This document shows, one piece after another, positions 1 through 9,050 of a DNA stretch of 64,000 nucleotides. The position numbers and the translations under genes are program-made. Within the stretch, counting starts at the first letter, position 1. Each line of letters opens with the position of its first letter. This DNA comes from Bacteroidales bacterium (lineage in GTDB: Bacteria; Bacteroidota; Bacteroidia; Bacteroidales; VadinHA17), in assembly GCA_038207725.1 (NCBI GenBank), contig JBBQZN010000004.1:2625-66624 (forward strand). Reading direction: 5' to 3'. The notes below the pieces were generated by a model. It was given only the letters and a program-made list of their open reading frames with translations. It searched no databases and was not told where the DNA came from.

Positions 1-1149
1 ACAAGAGCTCCCTCCTCCCCTGATGGTAAAAAATTCCTTTTTGAGGGGACACCATGGAACTCATTCTCCAGTCTGCAGGTAAAACTCTCTACATTATTAT
101 ACACCAGGGCAAAAGCAATCCTCTTTGTCCTCGATCCTAAATCGGGCTTCTCTTCTTTAGATGAACAATACCCCGATTATGCAGCACAAATGGGCACAAC
201 AATGAGTATGAAGAGTGAAAAAAAACAGTCATTTGATTTCCCGGGGATGCCAAAAATTATGTTCATCGACCGGTCAGTTGCTGATGAGCTTCTTAGAGGA
301 ACCGGAAAAAATCTCGAAGATCTGCAAAATAACATTGACTCTGACCTTAGATCAAATTCCTTCCTGATTGAGAATATAACACTCGCTATTAATGAGGTAT
401 CAATGACAACAGAAGTTACTCTGAATAATATTTCAGGTTATGTTGAGGGATCTGACCCTATACTTAAAAATGAACTTTTAGTTTTTTCAGGACATTATGA
501 TCATATTGGCGGATCAGGCGATCTGGTTAATCCCGGAGCCGATGATGATGCATCGGGATGCGCAGCGCTCCTTTCAATGGCAAAAGCTTTTGCCTCTATG
601 GAGAAAAAACCACTCAGGTCAGTTCTCTTTCTATGGGTATCAGGCGAAGAAATAGGTCTTTACGGTTCAAAATCATATGTTAACAACCCTCTTTTCCCGC
701 TTGAGAAAACGGTTGCAGACCTTAACATGGATATGATCGGACGCGTAAAAGAGGCTGCAGATTCCACATCTGAAACTCCGATGACCGGTCAGAATCAGGT
801 CTTTGTGATTACTGATAATCAGAGCAAAGAACTTGTTGATATTGCAAATCAGATTGATAAAAAGTCAGTACTCGATTTTGACTATAGCCTCAGCGGAAGA
901 GATCACCCCCTGCAGCTTTTTGCAAGAAGCGATCATTACAATTTTGTGGTAAAAGATATTCCTGTTCTATTCTTTTCTACGGGACTTCATTCTGATTATC
1001 ATACTCCAAAAGATGTAATCGGGAAACTTGATTTTCAGAAGATGGAACTCATTACCAGAACAATGTATGAGATAGGTCTTACTGTTGCAAATAAAAAAAC
1101 AAGAATTGTTGTAGATAATCCATTCAGCTCATGGGGAAAAAGCAAATAA
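1..1149 (+). CDS. M28 family zinc metallopeptidase (aminopeptidase), 5' end outside the window
   Basis: Frame 1 has no stop from nt 1 to the listed Met at 190, so the gene is cut by the window edge. M28 ligand motifs: GHYDHIGG, GADDDASGCAALL, SGEEIGLYGS, NMDMIG, DYHTPKD. Confidence 0.85.
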   Translation, partial: TRAPSSPDGKKFLFEGTPWNSFSSLQVKLSTLLYTRAKAILFVLDPKSGFSSLDEQYPDYAAQMGTTMSMKSEKKQSFDFPGMPKIMFIDRSVADELLRGTGKNLEDLQNNIDSDLRSNSFLIENITLAINEVSMTTEVTLNNISGYVEGSDPILKNELLVFSGHYDHIGGSGDLVNPGADDDASGCAALLSMAKAFASMEKKPLRSVLFLWVSGEEIGLYGSKSYVNNPLFPLEKTVADLNMDMIGRVKEAADSTSETPMTGQNQVFVITDNQSKELVDIANQIDKKSVLDFDYSLSGRDHPLQLFARSDHYNFVVKDIPVLFFSTGLHSDYHTPKDVIGKLDFQKMELITRTMYEIGLTVANKKTRIVVDNPFSSWGKSK

Positions 1150-2036
1150 GCCGCAAGGAATTCGTAGCAAAAACACTTACCGGAATTGCAGGCATTAGCC
1201 TGATGACGAGTAGATTGTCAGCCGCAGAATATCCGGCACAAGATCTAAGGACTGTTGGAAAAACAGGGATCAAGGTTAGTCCCATATGCTTCGGGGCTCC
1301 CCGAACCAATGAAGAATCACTTATTAAATATGCCGTTGATAAGGGGATTAACTTTATCGATACAGGCCGCTCCTATGGAAATGGCAATAATGAACGGCTT
1401 GTAGGCAGAGCCCTTTCCGGAATCAGACACAAAGTTGTTATTCAGTCTAAAATAAGACTTGAGGAGAATGAACTTCCATCAAAAGGAAAAGGTAAAAAAG
1501 GTGCTGATGAGATCAGGTCGGCATTATCTTCAAAACTTGAGGAGAGCCTCAAAGCCCTGAATTCAGATTACATTGATATACTGCTAATTCATGATGCTCT
1601 TGATGAGAAACTGCTATTTCATGATGAGACTCTGAAGTTCTTCGATACAATGAAAAAAAACGGGGTTATCAAAGCCCACGGATTTTCTACCCACAACGAC
1701 TATCTGAACCTTCCGGAGCGAAATAATTCCGAACTTATTTATGATATAATAATGCTTCCTTTCAATCATAAAGGCTCTTTCGTTCATTCAGTTACCGGAA
1801 AATATTCTGAATGGGACCAGAAAAGACTTATTTCCATTCTTACCGAAGCTGGAAATAAAGGCGTCGGAGTTATTGCAATGAAGACTTGCTCAGGCGGCAT
1901 GTATTCACCAGATCCTTCCTCTGAGGCCAATTACAGTAAAGCAGTCTCATGGGTTCTAACACATAAATTCATAAGTTCAGCTGCTATAGCAATGGCAAAT
2001 TTTGAACAGGTTAATGAACATTTAATAAATCTCTGA
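1131..2036 (+). CDS. Aldo/keto reductase with an N-terminal Tat-like signal
   Basis: AKR motif GINFIDTGRSYGNGNNERLVGRAL. The N-terminus SRKEFVAKTLTGIAGISL resembles a Tat signal (RK variant). Overlaps the upstream stop by 19 nt. Confidence 0.75.
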   Translation: MGKKQISRKEFVAKTLTGIAGISLMTSRLSAAEYPAQDLRTVGKTGIKVSPICFGAPRTNEESLIKYAVDKGINFIDTGRSYGNGNNERLVGRALSGIRHKVVIQSKIRLEENELPSKGKGKKGADEIRSALSSKLEESLKALNSDYIDILLIHDALDEKLLFHDETLKFFDTMKKNGVIKAHGFSTHNDYLNLPERNNSELIYDIIMLPFNHKGSFVHSVTGKYSEWDQKRLISILTEAGNKGVGVIAMKTCSGGMYSPDPSSEANYSKAVSWVLTHKFISSAAIAMANFEQVNEHLINL

Positions 2037-2047
2037 TATTCTAACAT

Positions 2048-3847
2048 TTACTTAGCTGTAACCGGGAAGAAGCATTTCACAGATTTAGTATATACAGGAT
2101 TTATATCAGGGACTCCATTGCCATTTGTATCTTTCATTGAACCAAGGTATTGCATCAGAGCAAGCCACTCTTTACCTTCCTGAATGCCGTCTTTTTTTTC
2201 ATTTATGTCTATTACGGCATTTTTCATTATTGTGACTTTGTTACCTTCAGAATCTTTTGGCACAACATTTATAAGTCCATGACTCATCTTTTTTATAATT
2301 CCTATAAAATCAAGCATATATGAATTTGCAGTCAAAGAGTAGAGTGTTTTATCCTTCTTTGAAAAGTTAACATTTACAATACTTCCATTAGCTTTAACAA
2401 TATCGATTTTCTGAATCTTTCTGAGCATCCCCTTTTCAGGGTCGTAATCAACTTTTATACCGGAATAGTAGCAGTAATAGTCGGCGCTCTTTTTATAAGC
2501 CACCAGAAGAATTTCCAGGATGCTCTTCAACTCTTTTCCTGTAACATATAATCTGGAAAGAGGATAGCCCGGAAAATCGTCACTTCCCGATCCAAGCGAC
2601 ATTACTCTGAAGATATCAGGGGCAGACTGTAAACCCGCGACAAGATTATCGCGCAGCACCCCCGCCGATACCAGGCTTACATCAGTACCACGGCTATTAT
2701 TATTATTTACATAATAATGAATTGCATCAGCAACCAAAGGGCCCATATTACTTTCTTTAAAATCACCAGATTCATTCCCTGAGATCAAAAATGATGTTTC
2801 AGCTACCGGTCTGGTAAAACTCATACCCAGAGGAGTAAGAATCTCACTGACAATACCCGCTTTTTGTTTCTCAATAAGAGCAGTTATCTCTTTATCGCCG
2901 GCAATCTTATCATCTACCGGAATAAGTGAATAATTTTCAACGGCAACTTTGCCTGATGTAACAATCAGAGAGAGTTTCCCCACATATTTGCCGTACTCTC
3001 CCGCCTGAACAACGGGCACTCCATTTACTATAAGTGGTTCATTCAATCTCGAGTGGGTATGTCCACTGATTATCACGCTTATTCCGGGTACTTTACGGGC
3101 CAGTTCAAAATCTTCTCCTGCCCAGGCACCGTCAACTTTAGATAAGCCTGAATGTGACACACATATTATTAAATCGCATCCATTGTGCTGCAACTCTTTT
3201 ACAATACTTCTGGCATAGGAAATCTGTTTTGAAAAACCTACAGGTTCTGATCGGGGGGCAACGCTGACAGCATCTACTCCGAGTAAAGAAAAGAAACCTA
3301 TTTTAAGACCATCACGCGTAAGGATTACTTTTCTTTCAAGAACATTTTCCGCATAAAGTTTCTCCAATCCATCATCGCGCGAATCTTTTTTGGAAAACTC
3401 AATATTCCCCATTAGAACAGCAGGAATTGAACCTGATGCAGATGATACTGACAGAATTTTCGCAAGACTTTCAGGACCAAAATCAAACTCATGGTTGCCG
3501 AGACAGGTAATATCATAACCCATCTGTTCCATAAGACGTAACTGAAAACCTGTTCTTGTTTCCAGACTGTGAAAGAGTGTCCCCATTAAAAAATCGCCTG
3601 CATCCACAACCAGAGTTCCTTTAGGATTTTTCCCCTTTTCTTCCTTTATTATGGTCGCAATTCTGGCAAATCCACCTATTGTCTTGTCATCATTTATCGT
3701 TTCAGGAGTATAGTCAGCCTCCGGAGCAAAGCCAGTCAAACGCGAATGAAGGTCATTAGTATGAAGAATCGTAATTCTTTTGGCATCCTGGCTGTGAAGG
3801 GAAAACAATGGAAACAGCAACAACAAAATTATAAGTGCGTTTTTCAT
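2048..3847 (-). CDS. Bifunctional metallophosphatase / 5'-nucleotidase (UshA-like), secreted
   Basis: Signal peptide. Calcineurin-type motifs ILHTNDLHSRL, DAGDFLMGT, GNHEFDFG, SGHTHS, followed by a C-terminal 5'-nucleotidase-like domain. Confidence 0.85.
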   Translation of the reverse strand: MKNALIILLLLFPLFSLHSQDAKRITILHTNDLHSRLTGFAPEADYTPETINDDKTIGGFARIATIIKEEKGKNPKGTLVVDAGDFLMGTLFHSLETRTGFQLRLMEQMGYDITCLGNHEFDFGPESLAKILSVSSASGSIPAVLMGNIEFSKKDSRDDGLEKLYAENVLERKVILTRDGLKIGFFSLLGVDAVSVAPRSEPVGFSKQISYARSIVKELQHNGCDLIICVSHSGLSKVDGAWAGEDFELARKVPGISVIISGHTHSRLNEPLIVNGVPVVQAGEYGKYVGKLSLIVTSGKVAVENYSLIPVDDKIAGDKEITALIEKQKAGIVSEILTPLGMSFTRPVAETSFLISGNESGDFKESNMGPLVADAIHYYVNNNNSRGTDVSLVSAGVLRDNLVAGLQSAPDIFRVMSLGSGSDDFPGYPLSRLYVTGKELKSILEILLVAYKKSADYYCYYSGIKVDYDPEKGMLRKIQKIDIVKANGSIVNVNFSKKDKTLYSLTANSYMLDFIGIIKKMSHGLINVVPKDSEGNKVTIMKNAVIDINEKKDGIQEGKEWLALMQYLGSMKDTNGNGVPDINPVYTKSVKCFFPVTAK

Positions 3848-3936
3848 TTCAGGGTAAATTAATTTTGCTTAAGAAATTCAAATTTAAACTTTTTACTGTT
3901 AATATTTTCACAATACAATGATTGCTCTTCTTTTAA

Positions 3937-5226
3937 TCACAACACGTCGGCTACGACAAAAGTACTTCCTCCGATAAAAATCATATCGTTCGGCGAACAG
4001 TTTTTCTCTGCAGCATTAAGTGCACTTTTTACATCAGAATAGCTATCACCTTTGAGACCGTATTGTTCGGCCTTCATTTTAAGAATGTTTTCATCCAATG
4101 CACGCGGTACCGAAGCCCTCGCAAAATAATAAATGGCATCTGCAGGAAAAAGCGGAAGAACCGAACTCAGATCTTTATCATTTACAAAACCAATAACCAT
4201 ATGAAGTCTGTTTTTTTTAATTCTTTCAATCTGTTTGATAACAAATTCAAGTCCCTCCTTATTGTGGCCAGTGTCACATACCGTAAATGGCTTATCTTTA
4301 AGCACCTGCCAGCGACCCTGTAATCCGGTATTCTTAATAACATTTTTGATTCCGTTTATTACATTCTCATCAGAAATCTCAAACTTCGATTTCAGGACAT
4401 CAATAACTGAAAATAAGGTTATAAGATTTTTTGCCTGATAATCGCCGCCAAGCGGAATTTCAATTTCTGTTTTATACCCTGTCTCAGAATTTACTAATTT
4501 ATACTTGCGAAATCCGGATAAGATCTCCGTGGTTTCTGATATAGACGAGTACTTTTCATCTGCAAAAACAATATCAGATCCCGTTTCTTTAGCTTTTGCA
4601 ATGAAAACATCGTTGGTTTCAGTCCGACTCTCTCCAACAACTACAGGAACCTTCATTTTTATGATACCAGCTTTCTCTCTCGCAACCTTATCAAGAGTAT
4701 CTCCAAGCAGGTCGAAATGGTCGTGGCCTATATTTGTAATTACCGAAAGTTCCGGAAGTATAATATTAGTTGAGTCAAGCCTCCCTCCCAGTCCGGTTTC
4801 AATTACTGCAACATCAACATTTGATCTGGAAAAATGAAGAAAAGCCAATGCGACAGTCATTTCAAAGAAAGATGGCTTGACAGATCCAATTACATCGCTA
4901 TAATTTTCTACAAACTCAACAACCTCTGACTCAGGTATCATAACTCCGTTCACACGAATCCTCTCCCTGAAATCTTTCAGATGGGGAGAAGTATATAATC
5001 CGGTTTTGTAACCTGCTTCCTGCAAAACCGAGGCAATCATATGCGAAACAGAGCCCTTGCCGTTTGTTCCGGCAATATGAACAGATCTGAAGTGCTTGTG
5101 CGGATGCCCAAAATAGGAATCAAGGGCATTGCTGTTATCGAGATTATCCTTGTAAGCTGCTTTTCCGATTCTGTGAAAAGCCGGCAGGCTGCTGAAGAGA
5201 AAATCGATTGTCTGCTGATAATTCAT
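3937..5226 (-). CDS. folC: Folylpolyglutamate synthase / dihydrofolate synthase
   Basis: Mur-ligase P-loop HIAGTNGKGSV, TSPHL, ETGLGGRLDSTN; 429 aa. Confidence 0.9.
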   Translation of the reverse strand: MNYQQTIDFLFSSLPAFHRIGKAAYKDNLDNSNALDSYFGHPHKHFRSVHIAGTNGKGSVSHMIASVLQEAGYKTGLYTSPHLKDFRERIRVNGVMIPESEVVEFVENYSDVIGSVKPSFFEMTVALAFLHFSRSNVDVAVIETGLGGRLDSTNIILPELSVITNIGHDHFDLLGDTLDKVAREKAGIIKMKVPVVVGESRTETNDVFIAKAKETGSDIVFADEKYSSISETTEILSGFRKYKLVNSETGYKTEIEIPLGGDYQAKNLITLFSVIDVLKSKFEISDENVINGIKNVIKNTGLQGRWQVLKDKPFTVCDTGHNKEGLEFVIKQIERIKKNRLHMVIGFVNDKDLSSVLPLFPADAIYYFARASVPRALDENILKMKAEQYGLKGDSYSDVKSALNAAEKNCSPNDMIFIGGSTFVVADVL

Positions 5227-5268
5227 GAGAAAGGTTAAAGGAGAAAGGTTAAAGTAGAAAGGTTAAAG
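5227..5268. repeat. 14-nt tandem repeat x3 (gagaaaggttaaag), abutting the folC start codon
   Basis: Units at 5227-5240, 5241-5254 and 5255-5268, with one mismatch in the third. Every 7-mer ends in aag. Confidence 0.9.
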
Positions 5269-5274
5269 TTAGAA

Positions 5275-5316
5275 GACAAAAGTGAAACGACAAAAGTGAA
5301 AAGACAAAAGTGCCGC
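5275..5316. repeat. 14-nt tandem repeat x3 (gacaaaagtgaaac), third unit diverged
   Basis: Units at 5275-5288, 5289-5302 and 5303-5316. Continues the 7-nt phase of the neighbouring array. Confidence 0.85.
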
Positions 5317-5447
5317 AAAATACTTATGAATACAAATTAACAATCTTAATATATCTATAACAACTAATACCTTAAAATAGTTATTTTTACATGTCGCCTT
5401 TAAAAGAGTCGCGTTAATGTAATGTGCTGATTTATAAATCACTGACG

Positions 5448-6782
5448 ATGAAAAAGAAACAAAATAAAAAACTTTTTATCCTCGACACAAACGTTTTGCT
5501 GCACGATTATAAGTGCATCTACAATTTTGAGGAGAATGATATAATAATTCCGATTGTTGTTCTTGAAGAACTTGATAAATTCAAGCGTGGTAATGACCTG
5601 ATTAATTTCCATGCAAGGGAATTCACCCGTGAACTTGATAAACTATCGGGCGATATGCTTCTTACTGCAAATATCCCTCTCGGAGATAATCTTGGAAATA
5701 TGCATATTGAAACAGGCAGGGACTTCTCCGAAAAGGTTAGTCAGTCGTTTCCGGAAAGGACAGCTGATCACAGAATCCTGGCAATTTCAGAATATGTAAG
5801 CAATCAGAATAAAGATAAAACTGTTGTACTGATAACCAAGGATATAAACCTGAGGATGAAAGCTAAATCGCTTGGAATTATAGCTCAGGATTACGAAAAC
5901 GACAAAGTTGCAAATATTGATGACCTCTATAAAGGCATAAGAATTCTCGATACTGTCGGGCCCGAAATTATCAGTAAGCTTTACGAATTACCTGAAGGAG
6001 TCAATTCTTCTGAGTTTAATCTTGAACCGGGACTTAAAGGGCATCAGTTTTTTATAATGAAGAACAACGGATCAAGTGCACTGGCTCACTATAATCCTGT
6101 TAATAAGGTACTTAACAGGGTAATAAAGCAGACCACATACGGAATTGACCCACGTAATGCTGAGCAGACATTTGCGATTGAGGCATTATCCAATCCCGAC
6201 ATACAACTGGTCTCCCTCACAGGAAAGGCTGGTACCGGTAAGACTTTGCTTGCCCTCGCAGCCGCTCTTCAGCAGCATAAAAGGTACAAACAGATTTTCC
6301 TTGCGAGGCCAATTGTTCCGCTGGCTAACCGCGACCTTGGTTTTTTACCCGGTGATGTTAAGGAAAAGATGGATCCATACATGCAGCCGCTATATGATAA
6401 CCTCACTGTCATAAAACATAAATTCAGTCATCAGAGTCCTGAATTTCTGCGTATTAACGATATGATGAAAGAGGATAAACTTGTAATTACCCCACTGGCA
6501 TATATAAGAGGAAGAAGCCTCTCAAGTATCTTTTTTATAGTTGATGAAGCCCAGAATCTCACACCACATGAAATTAAAACAATCATTACGCGAGCCGGAG
6601 AAGGCACAAAGATGGTCTTTACCGGTGATATTGAACAGATCGATTCGCCTTATCTTGATACAGCCTCGAATGGACTAAGCTACCTGTCAGATAAAATGAA
6701 AGATCAGGATATATTTGCACATGTAAATCTTGTGAAAGGAGAAAGGAGCTTCCTTGCTGAGCTGGCTAGTAAATTGTTATAA
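5448..6782 (+). CDS. PhoH2-type protein (N-terminal PIN domain fused to a PhoH ATPase)
   Basis: PIN start FILDTNVLLHD; Walker A LTGKAGTGKTLLALAAAL; IVDEAQNLTPHE. The ATG at 5448 (MKKKQNKK) is preferred over the GTG at 5424. Confidence 0.85.
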   Translation: MKKKQNKKLFILDTNVLLHDYKCIYNFEENDIIIPIVVLEELDKFKRGNDLINFHAREFTRELDKLSGDMLLTANIPLGDNLGNMHIETGRDFSEKVSQSFPERTADHRILAISEYVSNQNKDKTVVLITKDINLRMKAKSLGIIAQDYENDKVANIDDLYKGIRILDTVGPEIISKLYELPEGVNSSEFNLEPGLKGHQFFIMKNNGSSALAHYNPVNKVLNRVIKQTTYGIDPRNAEQTFAIEALSNPDIQLVSLTGKAGTGKTLLALAAALQQHKRYKQIFLARPIVPLANRDLGFLPGDVKEKMDPYMQPLYDNLTVIKHKFSHQSPEFLRINDMMKEDKLVITPLAYIRGRSLSSIFFIVDEAQNLTPHEIKTIITRAGEGTKMVFTGDIEQIDSPYLDTASNGLSYLSDKMKDQDIFAHVNLVKGERSFLAELASKLL

Positions 6783-6783
6783 G

Positions 6784-6845
6784 GCGTGAGGTGTGAGGTG
6801 TGAGTGAGGAAAGACAAAAGACAAAAGTAAAAAGTAAAAAACAAA
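6784..6845. repeat. Chain of heptamer tandem repeats starting 2 nt after the PhoH2 stop
   Basis: gcgtgag gtgtgag gtgtgag, then aagacaa x2, aagtaaa x2, aaacaaa. Confidence 0.85.
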
Positions 6846-6863
6846 GAAATAAAATCAGAAAAA

Positions 6864-7544
6864 ATGAAAACAAGAACAATCCAACTTTCTGCAGTATTGA
6901 TAATTACATTACTGCTTATCCCAACGGTTATAATGGCTCAGGGAAAGGTAAAAACTGAAAAAGCTCCTGAGGCAGCAAAAGGGGCGGTAGTTCTATTCAA
7001 TGGTAAGAACCTCAATAACTGGACATTCCATCTAAAAGATCCTGCTGTTGATCCAGCTAAAGTGTTTACAGTACAGAACGGCGTAATAAACATTAAGGGA
7101 GATCCTTTTGGATATATGCGTACAAAAGAATCATATTCTGATTACAAGCTTCATGTAGAGTATCGCTATCCTGTCGAACTATCTAACAGCGGCGTTTTTA
7201 TTCACGCTCAGGGAAATGACACAATCTGGTTAAAATGTATTGAATGTCAGCTGAAAGCAGGCAGTGCAGGTGATTTTGTCTGCATGAACGGTTCAGATAT
7301 GAATGAACGCAAAGACAAAGCTAACAGGGTAGTTAAAAAACTGGCTGAATCGTCAGAAAAGGGTGTTGGTGAATGGAACACAATGGAAATAAAATGCAGT
7401 GCTAACACAATTGAAGTTGTTGTAAACGGAGTAATTCAGAATAAAGGAACCAATCTCAATATTTCGTCAGGAAGCATTTGCTTACAGAGTGAAGGAAAAA
7501 GTATTGAATTCAAAAACGTATTTCTTACAAAACTTAAAAAATAA
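6864..7544 (+). CDS. DUF1080 (3-keto-disaccharide hydrolase-like) secreted protein
   Basis: Signal peptide. Jelly-roll pattern WTFHLKD...FTVQNGVINIKG...YKLHVEYRY...NSGVFIH...WNTMEI...ICLQSEGKSIEFKNVFL. Confidence 0.7.
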   Translation: MKTRTIQLSAVLIITLLLIPTVIMAQGKVKTEKAPEAAKGAVVLFNGKNLNNWTFHLKDPAVDPAKVFTVQNGVINIKGDPFGYMRTKESYSDYKLHVEYRYPVELSNSGVFIHAQGNDTIWLKCIECQLKAGSAGDFVCMNGSDMNERKDKANRVVKKLAESSEKGVGEWNTMEIKCSANTIEVVVNGVIQNKGTNLNISSGSICLQSEGKSIEFKNVFLTKLKK

Positions 7545-7555
7545 TCTTAATGCTT

Positions 7556-7683
7556 CTTAGTGCCTTAGCCTATTTTATTCATAAACCTTAGTGAACCTTA
7601 GTGAATACCTTAGTGTGCCTTTGTGTTTAAACTTTTTTTTACCACTAAGGAACACAAAGTACAGTACAAAGTAACACAAAGGG
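7556..7683. repeat. Decamer direct repeats (aaccttagtg) plus reverse-complement copies across a T8 tract
   Basis: Direct units at 7584-7593, 7594-7603, 7604-7615 and 7616-7625. T8 at 7633-7640. cactaagg, cacaaag and cacaaagg lie at 7644-7683. Confidence 0.8.
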
Positions 7684-7742
7684 ATATAGCACTTTAACTA
7701 AGTTATGAATAATTCAGATTAGAACTTAAGTGGCAATAAAAA

Positions 7743-9047
7743 ATGAGCAGTACCAGAAAAAAAGTTGCATTTCATACCTTAGGCTGTAAACTTAATTTTG
7801 CGGAAACGTCAACCATCTCGAGGTCATTTCCCGAAGAGAGCTTCGAGAGGGTTCCGGCGAATTCACCTGCCGATATCTATGTCATAAATACCTGTTCGGT
7901 AACTGATGCAGCTGATAAAAAGTGCAGACAGGCGATAAAGAAATTTGCCACACTTTCCCCTGAGGCATTTATTGCTGTTGTTGGCTGCTATGCACAACTT
8001 AAACCACAGGAAGTATCTGCCATACCAGGTGTTGACCTTGTACTCGGAACGAATGAGAAATTCGACATAGCCGGCTACATTGATAAACTCGATAAAAAGA
8101 AAAAAGCTGAGGTGCATTCCTGTGATCTGGCATCGTCCGACAGTTTCAATCCTTCATACTCAATGGGCGACAGAACCAGATCATTCTTGAAAGTTCAGGA
8201 TGGTTGCGATTATGCTTGCTCATATTGTACAATACCGATGGCCCGCGGGAAAAGCAGAAATCCCTTGATATCAGAAATAATTAAAGAAGCAGAAAAAATT
8301 GCTGAGAAAGGGGTAAAAGAAGTTGTTCTTACCGGCGTAAACATAGGTGATTTTGGAAAATCCACAGGAGAGACATTTGCACAGCTTCTCGTAGAACTGG
8401 ATAAAATAAACGGCATTGAGAGATTCAGAATATCTTCAATTGAGCCAAACCTACTGACCGACGGAATAATTGAGATGGCAGCCCGTAACGAAAAAATACT
8501 TCCTCACTTCCATATACCACTGCAAAGCGGGTCGGATAAAATACTGGGCTTAATGAGAAGACGATATAAACGCGAAGTATTTGCCGAAAGGATCAGACAG
8601 ATTAACAGGACAATATCACATGCAGGCATTGGAGCCGATGTAATTGTAGGTTTTCCGGGTGAAACAGATTCTGATTTTGAAGACACTTACTCATTTCTTG
8701 AAGAATTGCCACTCTCCTACCTTCATGTATTTTCTTTTTCAGAACGTCCCGGAACAGTTGCGGAAAAACTGGCAGGTAAAGTTAAGCCATCAGAAAAAGG
8801 GAAAAGAAGCAGAAGACTTATTACACTTTCTGAAAACAAACACAGGGAATTCGCGTTTTCAAATATAGGACTCTCAACTGCGGTGCTTTTTGAAAGAACA
8901 CGGATTGACGGTTTCATTACAGGATTTACATCCAACTATTTAAGAGTTGAATACCCATGGCAGTCAACCTTTGCCGGACAAATTAAAAAAGTCAGACTGA
9001 CAGGAATTACGCCATCAGGAAGAGTTAATGCAGAAATAATTGATTGA
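7743..9047 (+). CDS. mtaB: tRNA threonylcarbamoyladenosine methylthiotransferase (radical SAM, MiaB/MtaB family)
   Basis: N-terminal UPF0004 cysteines (FHTLGCKLN, NTCSVT, GCYAQ). Radical-SAM CDYACSYC (Cx3Cx2C). C-terminal TRAM-like region. Confidence 0.85.
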   Translation: MSSTRKKVAFHTLGCKLNFAETSTISRSFPEESFERVPANSPADIYVINTCSVTDAADKKCRQAIKKFATLSPEAFIAVVGCYAQLKPQEVSAIPGVDLVLGTNEKFDIAGYIDKLDKKKKAEVHSCDLASSDSFNPSYSMGDRTRSFLKVQDGCDYACSYCTIPMARGKSRNPLISEIIKEAEKIAEKGVKEVVLTGVNIGDFGKSTGETFAQLLVELDKINGIERFRISSIEPNLLTDGIIEMAARNEKILPHFHIPLQSGSDKILGLMRRRYKREVFAERIRQINRTISHAGIGADVIVGFPGETDSDFEDTYSFLEELPLSYLHVFSFSERPGTVAEKLAGKVKPSEKGKRSRRLITLSENKHREFAFSNIGLSTAVLFERTRIDGFITGFTSNYLRVEYPWQSTFAGQIKKVRLTGITPSGRVNAEIID

Positions 9048-9050
9048 AAA

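Noticed and set aside
3860-3867. Plus-strand TAATTTTG promoter box
   Set aside because: No plus-strand gene lies downstream. This shows that TAnnTTTG matches occur by chance in AT-rich spacers, so I kept all promoter confidences low.
4063-5238. Several plus-strand ORFs (65-110 aa)
   Set aside because: All are antisense within folC and have no recognisable motifs. The same reasoning applies to the other short ORFs nested antisense in hutU, porU, alaS, dcp and the PorE-like genes.
5448-6782. PhoH2 as a toxin-antitoxin or defence module
   Set aside because: No small partner ORF or other defence genes are adjacent, and the surrounding genes are core metabolism.
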